Positions 1-10,405 of a DNA stretch of 64,000 nucleotides are shown in pieces. Under the pieces are notes generated by a model that saw nothing but the letters and a program-made list of their open reading frames with translations, made no database searches and was not told the origin of the DNA. Numbering within the stretch: the stretch's first letter is position 1; each line of letters opens with the position of its first letter. The stretch is taken from NCBI GenBank assembly GCA_044352465.1, contig JBILDU010000004.1, positions 427 through 64,426 of the forward strand, read 5' to 3'. Origin of the DNA: Bdellovibrionota bacterium. Lineage in GTDB: Bacteria; Bdellovibrionota_C; UBA2361. The position numbers and the translations under genes are program-made.

Positions 1-114
1 CCCGCCCATCCGACGATACTTCCCGAGCGGATCGTTACTCCCGACGGAGTATTTGTTCGAGCCGAGGAGCACGATGTCCGTGAGTTCATCGCTCGGTACC
101 TAAACTGGCCAGTC

Positions 115-654
115 TCACCGGAGAATAAAATCGAAGCGTTTGGTAGCACCTATTATCGCCTCGACCCCGCGGCCCCCGAGCAGCTTCATTCGAAACAGTA
201 AAGTTACTGAGGGACGCCTCACAGCTCTTAACTCGAATGGGTCGAGCGAATCGAAGCGAACCTTGAGACTTTGCTTCACTGCATCTGAGATCTCGGGCGA
301 AGCAAGCACGCGCTGATAGGGTGTCATTGGGGGATGATGTTTCCTGACGATGCGGCTGCCGACTCGACGTTTCTCTTTGAGCTTCAGGGATGGGCAGAAG
401 AAGTTTTTCCAGCTCGACCACTCATGGGCGTAAATGTCGTTGATGAGTGGCACGAGTTCCGGCTTCTCAAGGCGCACGTATCCGAGGAGCGCTCTGGCTG
501 TCGTCCAGTTCTTTTGTTCAACGTGTGCGTGGTCATTTTTCCGGTAAGGGCGGCTTCGGGTGAGCGTTATTTTTCGTCCCTGAAAGTAACGCACGAGGTG
601 GTCATGTAAGAACTCGCTGCCGTTGTCGCATTCGTAGTCTTCCATAATGACCAC
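115..654 (-). pseudogene. Truncated DDE (rve/integrase-core) transposase fragment
   Basis: The translation carries the C-terminal half of an integrase-core transposase (DNGSEF ... RPYRKNDHAHVEQKNW ... LDPFEL). The N-terminal HTH and first catalytic Asp are absent, and no ORF continues upstream of 654. Confidence 0.6.
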
Positions 655-827
655 TTCGTTGAGGCAACGACCCCCGGCGACCCAGTAATCAGCTCACCTT
701 CGATTACCTTTAGTGTGAGGCATATCGGGCATATCGATTATCGGCTGACTATGAGACGTCGGTCGTAGAGGCGGGCATAACCCCCCGGGGGCGCGGAGCC
801 CTTGGAGAGCATCTTTGCTGGAGTTGG

Positions 828-1592
828 GTGGGGGCCCACGTGAGCTTGATAACCAGAGAATTACTTCGGGAGCATTCCGGCGATGCCGGCCATTCCGCCC
901 TCACCGCTGATAAACCGATACCTGAGCTATGCGCTCATCTCGGTCCCCGCCCCCCTCGGAGCGTGGAAGACCGGACCCTAGCGCGCCACGAGGCGATTAA
1001 GGGAGCGCTCAAATCGGGGCAGATACCACCCGAGCTCAGCGACGAGGTTCGACTTGTACCCCTCGACTCCCCCGCTGGCATCCGTTTCCAAGAAGCGATG
1101 GAGGCGATCGCCAAGCGATTCCTGAAGGATTGGGAGCCGGCGAGGCAACCGGTCCGCTTTGGGCTCATGGATCTACCGGGGGTGAATGCCTGTCAGGTCA
1201 AAGGAGCCGAACCGCCACTCATCCTCTTTAACGCTGGCTGCTTTAAGGAGACGATCGATGACCGGGGGAAAAAGATACCACCGCTGAAAACGCTCGATGA
1301 GGTGGCGCTGATATTCGCCCACGAACGGGTGCACCTTCTCATTGAACAGCGCTACAACACACCACAGAACTCAAAGCTCGAGGAATCGATGGCGTCGTAC
1401 GCCTCCATAGAGGCGACGTATCTCGCTGGCTTCGATCCCCGCGCCGCACTTGAGTGGTATCGTCAACGTGTCGAAGAGAACCGGGAGTCGTTCTGGGGAG
1501 AGGTTCTCCCCCGCCCCTGGTACGTCCCCGCCCCTGGTACGTCCCAGCCCTCCCCAGATCCAACGAAAGGGCCCGTTACGGGACAGAAGTAG
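828..1592 (+). CDS. Hypothetical protein with HExxH (AHERVH) metallopeptidase-like motif
   Basis: 254-aa ORF with a single HExxH motif followed by acidic residues. I recognise no family. The 3' end contains a 17-bp tandem duplication. Confidence 0.45.
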   Translation: MGAHVSLITRELLREHSGDAGHSALTADKPIPELCAHLGPRPPRSVEDRTLARHEAIKGALKSGQIPPELSDEVRLVPLDSPAGIRFQEAMEAIAKRFLKDWEPARQPVRFGLMDLPGVNACQVKGAEPPLILFNAGCFKETIDDRGKKIPPLKTLDEVALIFAHERVHLLIEQRYNTPQNSKLEESMASYASIEATYLAGFDPRAALEWYRQRVEENRESFWGEVLPRPWYVPAPGTSQPSPDPTKGPVTGQK

Positions 1593-1948
1593 CCGAAAAG
1601 ATTCCCGATAAAGCCGCACCTTAGTTTAACTCACTTAAACTAAATAATGCGCTTCGCGGCATTGGCCTATACTCCGCTGCTAACCGCGGCAGAAAACTCC
1701 TCGCGGTGTGCCTGATCCCCGCCCTACACAGGGCCCCCAATCGTGACTACGCTCGCCTCATTAAGCCGTCGGCCTGCTGATTGATTTGAGTTGATGTCAT
1801 CACACAGAAGGCGCGTTGACTCAGGTCTTGGCTTTTGTTAATTTTTTATGAGCGTTGAAAAACACCCTCGAAAAAGCCCATATTTTACGGCTACTTCGAG
1901 TCTGTCGTGCCTTAAAATTCCCATCTGTGTAGAAAGTCCCCGAGCACC

Positions 1949-1987
1949 CTGGAGTTAGCGCTCTCTCTGAGCGAGCGCTAACTCCAG
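1949..1987. repeat. Perfect 15-bp inverted repeat (hairpin) in an intergenic region
   Basis: ctggagttagcgctc (1949-1963), a 9-nt loop, then gagcgctaactccag (1973-1987). No T-tract follows on either strand. Confidence 0.8.
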
Positions 1988-2207
1988 CTAGGACACTCGG
2001 ACCTCGGCCCTTAGGAGCGTTTATTAGTTGAAGATCTTGGGTCGGTGTCGTGTTGTGTTGTTGAGCAACGGTATCTTTTGAGGAGCAGTAGCACCAATGA
2101 CTGAGGTTTCCATGACTGGAGCTTGCCGGACCTACCTGTCCGTGCGAAGGCCGTCCCGCCCGATTTCTGCCAGCTTCAATTAACGCTCGTCGACTCAAGA
2201 GACTCCC

Positions 2208-3296
2208 ATGGTGAAAAACGAGAATCCACCCAGCGTCGGCAACTCATCTGGAACGGTCGGCCCCGCCGAAAACGACGCCGAGAAAAATAAGTTGGTCGAA
2301 GTCCCCCTTGCCCCGACCGCCCCGCAATCACTAGACCAAACCTATTTTAACAACCTGAGCGGACAACCCGGCGTCGTTCCGGGGGGGGCGGTAACAGCAG
2401 CTAACGGGATGTACGAGCGCCTGGGGGTACCACCTCCACGGGGTGTTTGCATACTCCACCCCGACCAAACCGTCTGCATTTCGGGCGCAAACGCTCTTAT
2501 CTTTGACGTCGACGAGACTCTCCTCGTGGGCTCAGGCAAACACGCCCACGACGGGATCGGGGGGCGCTTCCATGGCGGCGTCAACTCGGCTCGGCTCGAG
2601 GCTGGACTTCCAGCGATCGACGATCACACCTGGGAAACGCAATACGAGATATTGGCCGGCGCCAAGGAATCGGTGGTGATTCGGCGAATGGCTGCTCTCG
2701 CGGGCGTCGAACCAACAAGGGTCGAATTCCACGCGAGTCGGGTGCTTGAGGAACGCATCCACGAGATGCTTGCGCGGGTTCCCCTGGCGACTGGGGCGCG
2801 CGAGCTACTCATCAGCGCCGGCGAAAAAGGTATCGCCCGCGGGATCTTGTCAGCCAGCTCGGAGCTATTCGTGGGGCAAGCGCTCAAGATGCACGACGTC
2901 CTCCACCACTTCGACGCCCGGGTGTGTAGCGCGGAGAAGAAACTTGACCACGGAGTGTTTAGCGGGAACCCGATCCAACAGATCTGTCGGGAGCTCGCGG
3001 TCGACCCTCGCGATGTGGTCATGATCGGTGATAGCACCGCCGATTACGCAACTCATAGGTTAGGTGTTATGAGCGTGGCTGCTCACACCCCAGGCGGCAA
3101 TAACCCTGTGAGCATCATGATCGTACCGAACCACCACCAGAACCGCGGGAAGCTTGACGGGGCGATGAGCGAAGTTGAGAGATTCCATATCTCTCACAAC
3201 GTCCAAGGTGACCACGGCACACTGCTCGTAATTTCGAGCTTTGAACAGGTTCGCATCGGCCCAGCGACCGGCAATCTCTGCTGGCACGTTTCCTGA
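2208..3296 (+). CDS. HAD-superfamily hydrolase with N-terminal low-complexity extension
   Basis: DxDxT motif (FDVDETLL) and C-terminal GDSxxD motif (MIGDSTADY). Confidence 0.7.
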   Translation: MVKNENPPSVGNSSGTVGPAENDAEKNKLVEVPLAPTAPQSLDQTYFNNLSGQPGVVPGGAVTAANGMYERLGVPPPRGVCILHPDQTVCISGANALIFDVDETLLVGSGKHAHDGIGGRFHGGVNSARLEAGLPAIDDHTWETQYEILAGAKESVVIRRMAALAGVEPTRVEFHASRVLEERIHEMLARVPLATGARELLISAGEKGIARGILSASSELFVGQALKMHDVLHHFDARVCSAEKKLDHGVFSGNPIQQICRELAVDPRDVVMIGDSTADYATHRLGVMSVAAHTPGGNNPVSIMIVPNHHQNRGKLDGAMSEVERFHISHNVQGDHGTLLVISSFEQVRIGPATGNLCWHVS

Positions 3297-3454
3297 GCGG
3301 AACGTAGGTCAACATTCAGGCGACCCGAATCGATTTCGCTATCGGCATCATGAAGCAGACTCGGCTCCAGGGACAGCCTTCCCGAACCCCTTGAATCTGC
3401 CCAAGGACCGCGCTAGCTTAGCCCGCTGAGTAAAGTTCACACGGGGGATATGGT

Positions 3455-4396
3455 ATGACCTCTCGAAACGGTCCGGTACTGGCCTACGGCGAGCTTCTCT
3501 GGGATGTGCTTCCCTCGGAAGCGGTTCTCGGCGGAGCGCCAGCCAATTTCACTTACCGCCTCCAATCGCTTGGCCAACCTGCTCGTGTTGTAAGTCGAAT
3601 CGGCCGGGACCAACTTGGTAATCGCGCCCTCGAACAGCTGCACCACCTCGGGGTCGACGCATCGCTCATACAGCGTGACGATGAGTACCCCACCGGCACG
3701 GTGGATATCACCTTGAGCGCGGCGGGTGACGCAAGCTACGTTATCAACACCGGGGTTGCTTACGACCACATCACCCTTACCGAAGAACTCCGCGCAAGCG
3801 CTCGGAATTGCCGGGCCCTCTATTTCGGCTCACTTATCCAACGCCACGAGGACTCGCGACGCACCCTTGCGACTATCATTGAGGATGCAGGCGATGCGGT
3901 AAAACTTCTTGATCTTAATCTACGCCGCGACTGCTTCTCTCTCGCCACGGTCGAAACATCGCTTCAACACGCCGACATTTTGAAGCTCAATCACCAGGAA
4001 GCAGCGGTTATCGCCGAGATGCTCAGGCTCACCGCCCGAACGCTTCCGGAATTCGCCCAGCAGATAATGAGCCGGTTTTCGATTCACACTTGCCTCATTA
4101 CTCGAGCGGAGCAAGGGGTCTATGCTCGCTCAATCGATGGTCAAGAAACGACTCAAGCGGGATATGAAGTTCCCGTCGTTGATACAATTGGATCGGGTGA
4201 TTCGTTTACGGCGGCATTCTTGCAAGCCTTCCTCGCGGGAAGCTCGCTTGAGTTGTGCTGCGATGCCGGCAACCGGCTCGGCGCGCTCGTCGCCCAAAGA
4301 AAGGGGGGCATGTCGCCGATCGAACCCGGGGAAGTCGCAGCATTTGCCCTCCCTCAACGAGCGCTCGACGAGCGCACGATGCGACTTGGAGCCTAA
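3455..4396 (+). CDS. PfkB-family carbohydrate kinase (fructokinase-like)
   Basis: N-terminal GELLWDV...GGAPANF and C-terminal DTIGSGDSFTAAF signature, both typical of ribokinase/PfkB kinases. Confidence 0.8.
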   Translation: MTSRNGPVLAYGELLWDVLPSEAVLGGAPANFTYRLQSLGQPARVVSRIGRDQLGNRALEQLHHLGVDASLIQRDDEYPTGTVDITLSAAGDASYVINTGVAYDHITLTEELRASARNCRALYFGSLIQRHEDSRRTLATIIEDAGDAVKLLDLNLRRDCFSLATVETSLQHADILKLNHQEAAVIAEMLRLTARTLPEFAQQIMSRFSIHTCLITRAEQGVYARSIDGQETTQAGYEVPVVDTIGSGDSFTAAFLQAFLAGSSLELCCDAGNRLGALVAQRKGGMSPIEPGEVAAFALPQRALDERTMRLGA

Positions 4397-4511
4397 TCGA
4401 GTTCTCCCAAACGGGCCCCGATAGGCTTGGCTTCGCGCCTCGGCGAAACTATTGGCGGATGACTTGAAGCGATCTTCGCAGGCCCAGCGGCGCGCGATTC
4501 GATCGCTAAAA

Positions 4512-5126
4512 TTATTCGGGCATGAAGATAAAGATGAGATCTTTGTCCATCCCTTTGTAGTCCGCGGAGGTCTCGTACACGAGGAGATCCTCCGTCCCGA
4601 CGATACAGTGCTCCTGACCAGGGGCAAAGCTCGCCTCAGCACCAGGAACCAGAACCTTGAGCTGTAGCGGCGCATCGCGTTCCGCACGATAGATGAGAAG
4701 GCCCGCGCCCTCCATGACTCGAAGCTGCTCCTCTTTACGTTCATGCGTCTCGAACGCGAGATACCCACCCGATTTGATCGCCAAATATTTTTCGATATGC
4801 GGAGGGGAATGGATCACCACCGATACCCCACCCCACGGCGTCTTTATCGGCTCAAGACCTGCCCGATCCCGCTCACCATTGTCGATTCGGCTAATAACCT
4901 CGCTCCACATCTCCGTCGCACCAAGCCGCTCAGGGAATGCGCGCCCCCACGCGGAGATCGCACCTCGGCACCACGAATTGAAGCTCACCGCCGAGCTGAA
5001 ACCTCCGAGCCCACGCAACTCACGCTGCAGCACCTGCAACGCCATCGGGTCTACTCCCGGAGTATTCTCAATACCACTGACATTCACGGGGTACTTCTGA
5101 GCTATGGGGTTGTTGAGAAAAGACAT
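4512..5126 (-). CDS. Cupin-domain protein (type II phosphomannose-isomerase-like)
   Basis: TPWGG...KYLAIKSGGYLAFETHERKEEQLRVMEGAG resembles the cupin core of PMI type II C-terminal domains. Confidence 0.5.
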   Translation of the reverse strand: MSFLNNPIAQKYPVNVSGIENTPGVDPMALQVLQRELRGLGGFSSAVSFNSWCRGAISAWGRAFPERLGATEMWSEVISRIDNGERDRAGLEPIKTPWGGVSVVIHSPPHIEKYLAIKSGGYLAFETHERKEEQLRVMEGAGLLIYRAERDAPLQLKVLVPGAEASFAPGQEHCIVGTEDLLVYETSADYKGMDKDLIFIFMPE

Positions 5127-5691
5127 GGTGTTGTTTCACCCTCCAGGGACAATGCCGCCAACCGAAGGGTAGCGAGGATTCCCCTCCCGAATCAAGCAAA
5201 AGCCTCCCCCCTGGTCCGTCCCAGCTCTCCAAGCGAATGGCCACAAAAGCACTCGAATCCGCCAAGTGACTGAGCGGAATCATTTTTTCCAAGGATCTTT
5301 GTTTAAGCTACTTAAAGTGACAGCGTCTTACCAGACTTCGCTCTCGAGCTCTCACGGGCCCCCGGCGCCTCGGCCTCGGCGGCGAGAGGGCATACGATTT
5401 GAACGGAACAAAGCAGGGGTCCCTGAACCTGTGCTCTCGGAGAAGTTTAAAAAGGGCCAAAACCAAGTCGGACGCCGGCGGAGCCTACCCGCCAGTGTCC
5501 CCCCTGAAAAGCCGAGGTCTCGGTGACCGGCGGCCCTTTTTCACAAGTTCTTTTGACCTAGTTTTCAGTTTGGGGGCGCTAGATTTCCCGGGCCCGCCTC
5601 CGGGCCCCTGCGAGTCTCAGCAACTCGGAGGGACGACGTGCAGTCACGTCGTTCAGCTCGAAGCACGGCGATACCTCCTACCGTCTAACGC

Positions 5692-6258
5692 CTATCCGTT
5701 CGACCCAAACCAGAAATTGAGCAACCGGAACAAGCTGGTGAGCCCCAACGACAAGACGATGAGCCATACAAGCAAATGACAAGCGGTGGTACCCCAAAAT
5801 CGAAGCGGCGCTTTCTCTACCGAAATCATCTCTATAATTCGTGAATTATCGAAGAAGCTCCACCTCTTCCGACTAGACCTCAACACCCCTTTTTGAACAT
5901 CGCCGTAGAGCTTACTTATACCGAACATACCCATCGAAGGGAGAATCAAGGAGAACAAAATGAACTCCATCTCGTACTCCGACACCGGCGACGTATAAAA
6001 ATCGAACTTTTTACGGGCCGAGGGAACCTCCGTTGCAAAGAGCGGCTCCACGACCTGCTGGGAAGGTCCCGATCCTGGTTGCTGCTTTTGATTATTAAAA
6101 AAGAAGGAGCTGATCACCAACACGACAAAGAGCGGGATCCAAGCCAATCCGCCTGAACCTCTGATTGGAGCGGGCTCGTCACTCAGCGCAGAGCGAGCCA
6201 ACACATAGACGAGCGTCACCCCTCCGATGAGGAGACCCAGTAAAAGCTCGAGACACAT
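5692..6258 (-). CDS. Hypothetical integral membrane protein
   Basis: 188-aa ORF with several hydrophobic segments and lower GC than its neighbours. No recognisable motif. Confidence 0.4.
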   Translation of the reverse strand: MCLELLLGLLIGGVTLVYVLARSALSDEPAPIRGSGGLAWIPLFVVLVISSFFFNNQKQQPGSGPSQQVVEPLFATEVPSARKKFDFYTSPVSEYEMEFILFSLILPSMGMFGISKLYGDVQKGVLRSSRKRWSFFDNSRIIEMISVEKAPLRFWGTTACHLLVWLIVLSLGLTSLFRLLNFWFGSNG

Positions 6259-6920
6259 CTTCTAAACCTCTCTCCAGTGCAGGGTGCCAACACACCCTCC
6301 CTGCGCCTCATCGGTAAGTTGCGGCTCTCACTTGAGAGTTCGCCACGAAATCAGTGTAGAGGTCGTCCTAGCGCCAACTCGCCGAACCGTTGGCTGCTCG
6401 AATGCGAGCGATTTTTTGTTGACGAGGTCCTCGGCCCAAACGGGGTTGCCGGCGTTCGCACGTTTTGAGGTATTCGCGAGTGGCGGCGTTTCATGATCGT
6501 ACACCGCGGTTTACGTTATGAGGTTTTTTGCTTATGCGTATCCACTGCCTCCTCACCTCAATCGTTGTCTTCTTTTTACATGCCCAGGCGCAGGTCCTCT
6601 CTCCTCCATAGGGAAAAGCGCTTCCAGCCGGAACGAAAATCGACGTCGATGCGCGTGCCCCTCGCTTCGATTATTCACGCCCACATGCATGTGGTGAAGT
6701 CACTCTGAAACCCGGCGTGAGACTTAGAGAGCAGCTACCGTTTCTTATCGAGGAGGAGTTAATCGACGTAGCCGCTGAGCGAGCCCGGGGAAACTGCCTA
6801 TACAAGACGGGGAAGATGCCTCCCATCTTGAAGGGAGGGTTCCCCTGCCCCCGGTCCTGCTCTCGGGTGAGAATGAGAAATCGATGTGTCGGAGTCTCGA
6901 CGAGAAGCCGGGGCGGCTTC

Positions 6921-7634
6921 TTAATTCGCCACGAACTTATACCCCACGCCGTGGACGGTGAGGATGTGCTTCGGCTCTTCGACGTTGTCCTCGATCTTTT
7001 GGCGCAGCCGCGCGATGTGGTTATCCACCGTACGAGTCGAGGGGTAGGAATTATAGCCCCACACCTCATCGAGGAGCTCGTCGCGGGTAACGACCGAGCC
7101 GCGCTTAGCGACTAAGTATCGCAACAACCGGTACTCACGCGCTGAGAGCTCAAGGGGCTGATCGGCCCGAGCCGCGCGATAGGCTTTAAAATCGATGACA
7201 ACATCGTCGAACTTCACCTCATCAACCTCTTTGGTTGAGTGGGTGCGGCGAATGAGCGCCTTCACCCGCGCGATGAGCTCGAGCATCCCAAAAGGCTTCG
7301 CCAAATAATCGTCCGCTCCGAGGTCGAGGCCCAGCACTTTATCAACCTCGGCGCTCCGAGCGGTCAGTAGAATCAGCGGGGTCGAGATGCCCGCACCCCG
7401 AATCTCTTTACACGCCTGAAGGCCATCCTTCTTCGGCATCATTACATCAAGCAAAATCAGATCGGGGTGGGCTTCGTTCACCAACAATATCCCCTCTTCC
7501 CCATCCCCCGCTGTCACGACCTTAAAACCCTCAAGCTCGAGGTTCAGGGTCAAGCTCCGCCGCACGCTCTCATCGTCTTCAATAATCGCGATGGTGTAAT
7601 TCGAATTCGGCGAGGCGTTTCCAGGGTTCGTCAT
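6921..7634 (-). CDS. OmpR/PhoB-family response regulator
   Basis: Receiver domain (IAIIEDDE ... LILLDVMMPKKDG ... KPF) plus a winged-helix C-terminus (REYRLLRYL ... TVHGVGYKF). I chose the start at the internal ATG 7634. No cognate kinase is adjacent. Confidence 0.85.
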   Translation of the reverse strand: MTNPGNASPNSNYTIAIIEDDESVRRSLTLNLELEGFKVVTAGDGEEGILLVNEAHPDLILLDVMMPKKDGLQACKEIRGAGISTPLILLTARSAEVDKVLGLDLGADDYLAKPFGMLELIARVKALIRRTHSTKEVDEVKFDDVVIDFKAYRAARADQPLELSAREYRLLRYLVAKRGSVVTRDELLDEVWGYNSYPSTRTVDNHIARLRQKIEDNVEEPKHILTVHGVGYKFVAN

Positions 7635-7933
7635 ACGGCCAACACTTCTATTTATGAGTCTCCACACTTCCCGCGCGGAGGACACCGGTATCTCGCTTGT
7701 TATGGCGACGACACGGCGACCTGATACCTTACGTAACTACCTGAAATCGCTAAACTAGAGAAGGGAAAAGGGGCGCCTCCTCAAGTTAGCGACGTAGTTG
7801 TCCGGAGTCTATCAGATTTCTCCGGTGTATTCACCTATTTGATAGCACCCAGAAATAAGCCCCCCACCCTTGCATTTTCGAGCCCCCTCCTGTAGGTTTC
7901 GTGCCTCGGATTTTAAGCGATTATCAGAACGTT

Positions 7934-8275
7934 ATGTCACAAGAGACCAAAACCGGAAATGAGACGTACGCCGTCGTTAAGACCGGTGGTAAGCAATACA
8001 GAGTTTGTAAGGGCCAAAAGATTGCGGTTGAACTCCTCGCAGCTGACGTCGGCGCGACTGTGGAGCTCGGCCCGGTGCTGATGGCTACCGTTGGCGACAC
8101 GGCCACAATCGGCACCCCCGTCATCGCGGGCGCGTCGGTGAAGGCCAAGATCGTCGCTCACGACAAGGCGGACAAGGTCGTGACCTACAAAAAGAACCGC
8201 CGAACCGGATTTCACAAGAAGCAGGGTCATCGTCAAACGATGAGCCACGTGGTTATTGAGAGCATCAACCTCTAA
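7934..8275 (+). CDS. rplU: 50S ribosomal protein L21
   Basis: [19 protein letters not shown] motif. The start at ATG 7934 is preferred over the longer ORF from 7901. Confidence 0.9.
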   Translation: MSQETKTGNETYAVVKTGGKQYRVCKGQKIAVELLAADVGATVELGPVLMATVGDTATIGTPVIAGASVKAKIVAHDKADKVVTYKKNRRTGFHKKQGHRQTMSHVVIESINL

Positions 8276-8312
8276 TTTTTTCGGTTTGAGAGCTCTTTGT
8301 TTTAGGTGACGT

Positions 8313-8579
8313 ATGGCACACAAAAAAGCTGGTGGTAGTTCTAAGAACGGACGTGACAGCCGAGGCAAGCGGCTCGGTATTAAAAAGTTTGGCGGCCAGG
8401 CCGTACGCGCGGGGAATATCCTCGTTCGTCAACGTGGCTCCACCTATCACCCCGGAGTAAACGTAGGAGAAGGGAGTGACTTCACCCTCTTCGCCCTCGT
8501 CGACGGGGTTGTTGAGTTCAAACAGGGCAAGCGCCAAACCGTACACGTCGTCCCGTCGACGACATCGGTAGCAGCGTAA
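8313..8579 (+). CDS. rpmA: 50S ribosomal protein L27
   Basis: [29 protein letters not shown] ... GNILVRQRG. Confidence 0.95.
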   Translation: MAHKKAGGSSKNGRDSRGKRLGIKKFGGQAVRAGNILVRQRGSTYHPGVNVGEGSDFTLFALVDGVVEFKQGKRQTVHVVPSTTSVAA

Positions 8580-8609
8580 CCGAACGCGGCTTCGACAAGC
8601 CGTAACACC

Positions 8610-8647
8610 GAAAGAGGCTGTTGCTCGGAACCGAGCACGCCTCTTTC
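8610..8647 (+). terminator. Strong hairpin between rpmA and obg (terminator/attenuator-like)
   Basis: The outer stem gaaagaggc/gcctctttc encloses the inner stem tgctcgg-aa-ccgagca. It is followed by gtcgtattt, which is only a weak T-tract. Confidence 0.45.
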
Positions 8648-8709
8648 GTCGTATTTAGCGGGGACCTCTCCCTCTGATCTAAGGAACGCCCCTCGGGGCG
8701 ACGTGAAGC

Positions 8710-9756
8710 GTGAAGTTCATCGACGAAGCGGTAATCAAAGTTCAGGCGGGCCGGGGCGGGCCGGGAGCACGAAGCTTTTGGCGCGAGAAATATGTGCCGC
8801 TCGGTGGACCCGATGGAGGGAACGGCGGCGCCGGAGGCGATGTGATTATCGTCGCCGACCGGAACAAACTCACCCTCCTCGACTTTAAACACCGCCCGAT
8901 CTGGAAAGCCCAAAGTGGCGCTCAAGGCGAAGGGGCGAACAAAGACGGACGCTCTGGCGAGGACCTCAAGGTATTCGTTCCAGTTGGCACGCAGATTCTC
9001 CGCGACGGTGAGTCTCGGGAGCTCATCGCCGACCTCGACCACGACGGACAGGAGTTCATCCTCGCTAAAGGTGGCCGAGGCGGGAAGGGCAACGCGTTTT
9101 TCAAATCCCCCACGAACCGCGCCCCTGAGCATTTTCAACCCGGCGAAGAAGGAGAGGGCGGAGCATTCGTGTTATCGCTCAAACTCGTTGCCGACGTGGG
9201 CCTCGTTGGCTTTCCTAATGCGGGCAAATCGACCCTCATATCGCGTATCTCAGCCGCGCGGCCAAAGATCGCCGACTACCCCTTCACGACGCTCATCCCC
9301 AACCTCGGGGTCGTCCAAGCGCGCCAACGTTCGTTCGTCGTGGCAGATATCCCCGGCCTTATCCCAGGCGCGCACGAAGGAAGAGGGCTCGGAATTACCT
9401 TCTTGAAACATATCGAACGCACTCGGGTCATCGCCCACCTCATCGATCCAAACCAATACGGCGACGGCGGAGAGAAGGTCTCCCCCCTCACCGCGTTCGA
9501 TGCGATCAATCACGAACTTGGGGAGTTCTCAGCGGAGCTCGCAAAAAAACCACAGGTCGTTGTTATCACGAAGGCGGACACGATCACCGAACCGGAAGAG
9601 CTCGCGGCGGTGAAGCACGATTTCGAAGTGCGAGGCCTTCCGGTTCTCGTTATCTCAGCAGTGGTTGGCACCGGCATTCAGGAGCTCATCGACTACCTCG
9701 CGGAACGCCTTTGGGCATCTCCCCCGACACCCCCACCGAACGAGCTTGAGAGCTAA
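8710..9756 (+). CDS. obg: GTPase Obg/CgtA
   Basis: GTG start. Obg fold motif MKFIDEA...GGPDGGNGGAGGDV and G-domain motifs GFPNAGKST and DIPGLI. Confidence 0.95.
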   Translation: MKFIDEAVIKVQAGRGGPGARSFWREKYVPLGGPDGGNGGAGGDVIIVADRNKLTLLDFKHRPIWKAQSGAQGEGANKDGRSGEDLKVFVPVGTQILRDGESRELIADLDHDGQEFILAKGGRGGKGNAFFKSPTNRAPEHFQPGEEGEGGAFVLSLKLVADVGLVGFPNAGKSTLISRISAARPKIADYPFTTLIPNLGVVQARQRSFVVADIPGLIPGAHEGRGLGITFLKHIERTRVIAHLIDPNQYGDGGEKVSPLTAFDAINHELGEFSAELAKKPQVVVITKADTITEPEELAAVKHDFEVRGLPVLVISAVVGTGIQELIDYLAERLWASPPTPPPNELES

Positions 9757-10405
9757 GAGCGCGCCACAACATAGTACTCGCCACTAGACTGACGCCACAG
9801 ACTCGCCTTCGCAGTAGGGGATATTTTTACGAGCTCCAAGCTCAAAAGCCGGTGGGCAAGCGCCGCTCAAAGAGTCCGAGAAGTACCGCCGTTTAACAGA
9901 CTTCAAATATCGAAAGACACCGCCCGATAGCTCCTGAAGCCTGGCCGCAGCGTGGCCCCCGACAGCTTTTACTCCGCCGTCCCCGCCTTCTTCGAACAAC
10001 CGTACTACCTGGTTCTTTCAACTGGTTAGGACACCCAAACGATTCTTTACCTTGCTGAACTCGCCTCAGCGGCTTTATAATTGAGGAATAAGAGGCTTTT
10101 TCTAGGAGAACCTCATCTTAATGGTGAACGCGATACCCCCGGTTAACGTCGATTCTTTTAAGGAGAGTTAGTACGGCACCCCGGTCAACGCTTACCGATA
10201 CACCAAACTCACGGCCCCCGGCCACGGCTCTCTACGCGCCGCCGCAGCACCTGAGCCCCGAATCCCTGCTCAGTAATTTCCCCCCACTCAGCCCCCCCAC
10301 CCCGCGCTGCGTTTGCTTGATTTTAGCGCCCCGATCTTACAAGCTTCGAACCATCGAAGATTCGTCGTTTTGGCAGTACCACTTTAAGGAGAGATACACA
10401 CACTC

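Noticed and set aside
4130-4768. 212-aa minus-strand ORF spanning the pfkB 3' end and the cupin gene 3' end.
   Set aside because: It overlaps two genes with recognisable domains and is Arg/Ser-rich with no motif.
5385-5470. A tRNA-like T-loop string (gatttgaac on the plus strand, GTTCAAATC on the minus strand) in the 560-bp gap at 5127-5691.
   Set aside because: The flanking bases do not form a T-stem, and no acceptor or anticodon arms can be folded.
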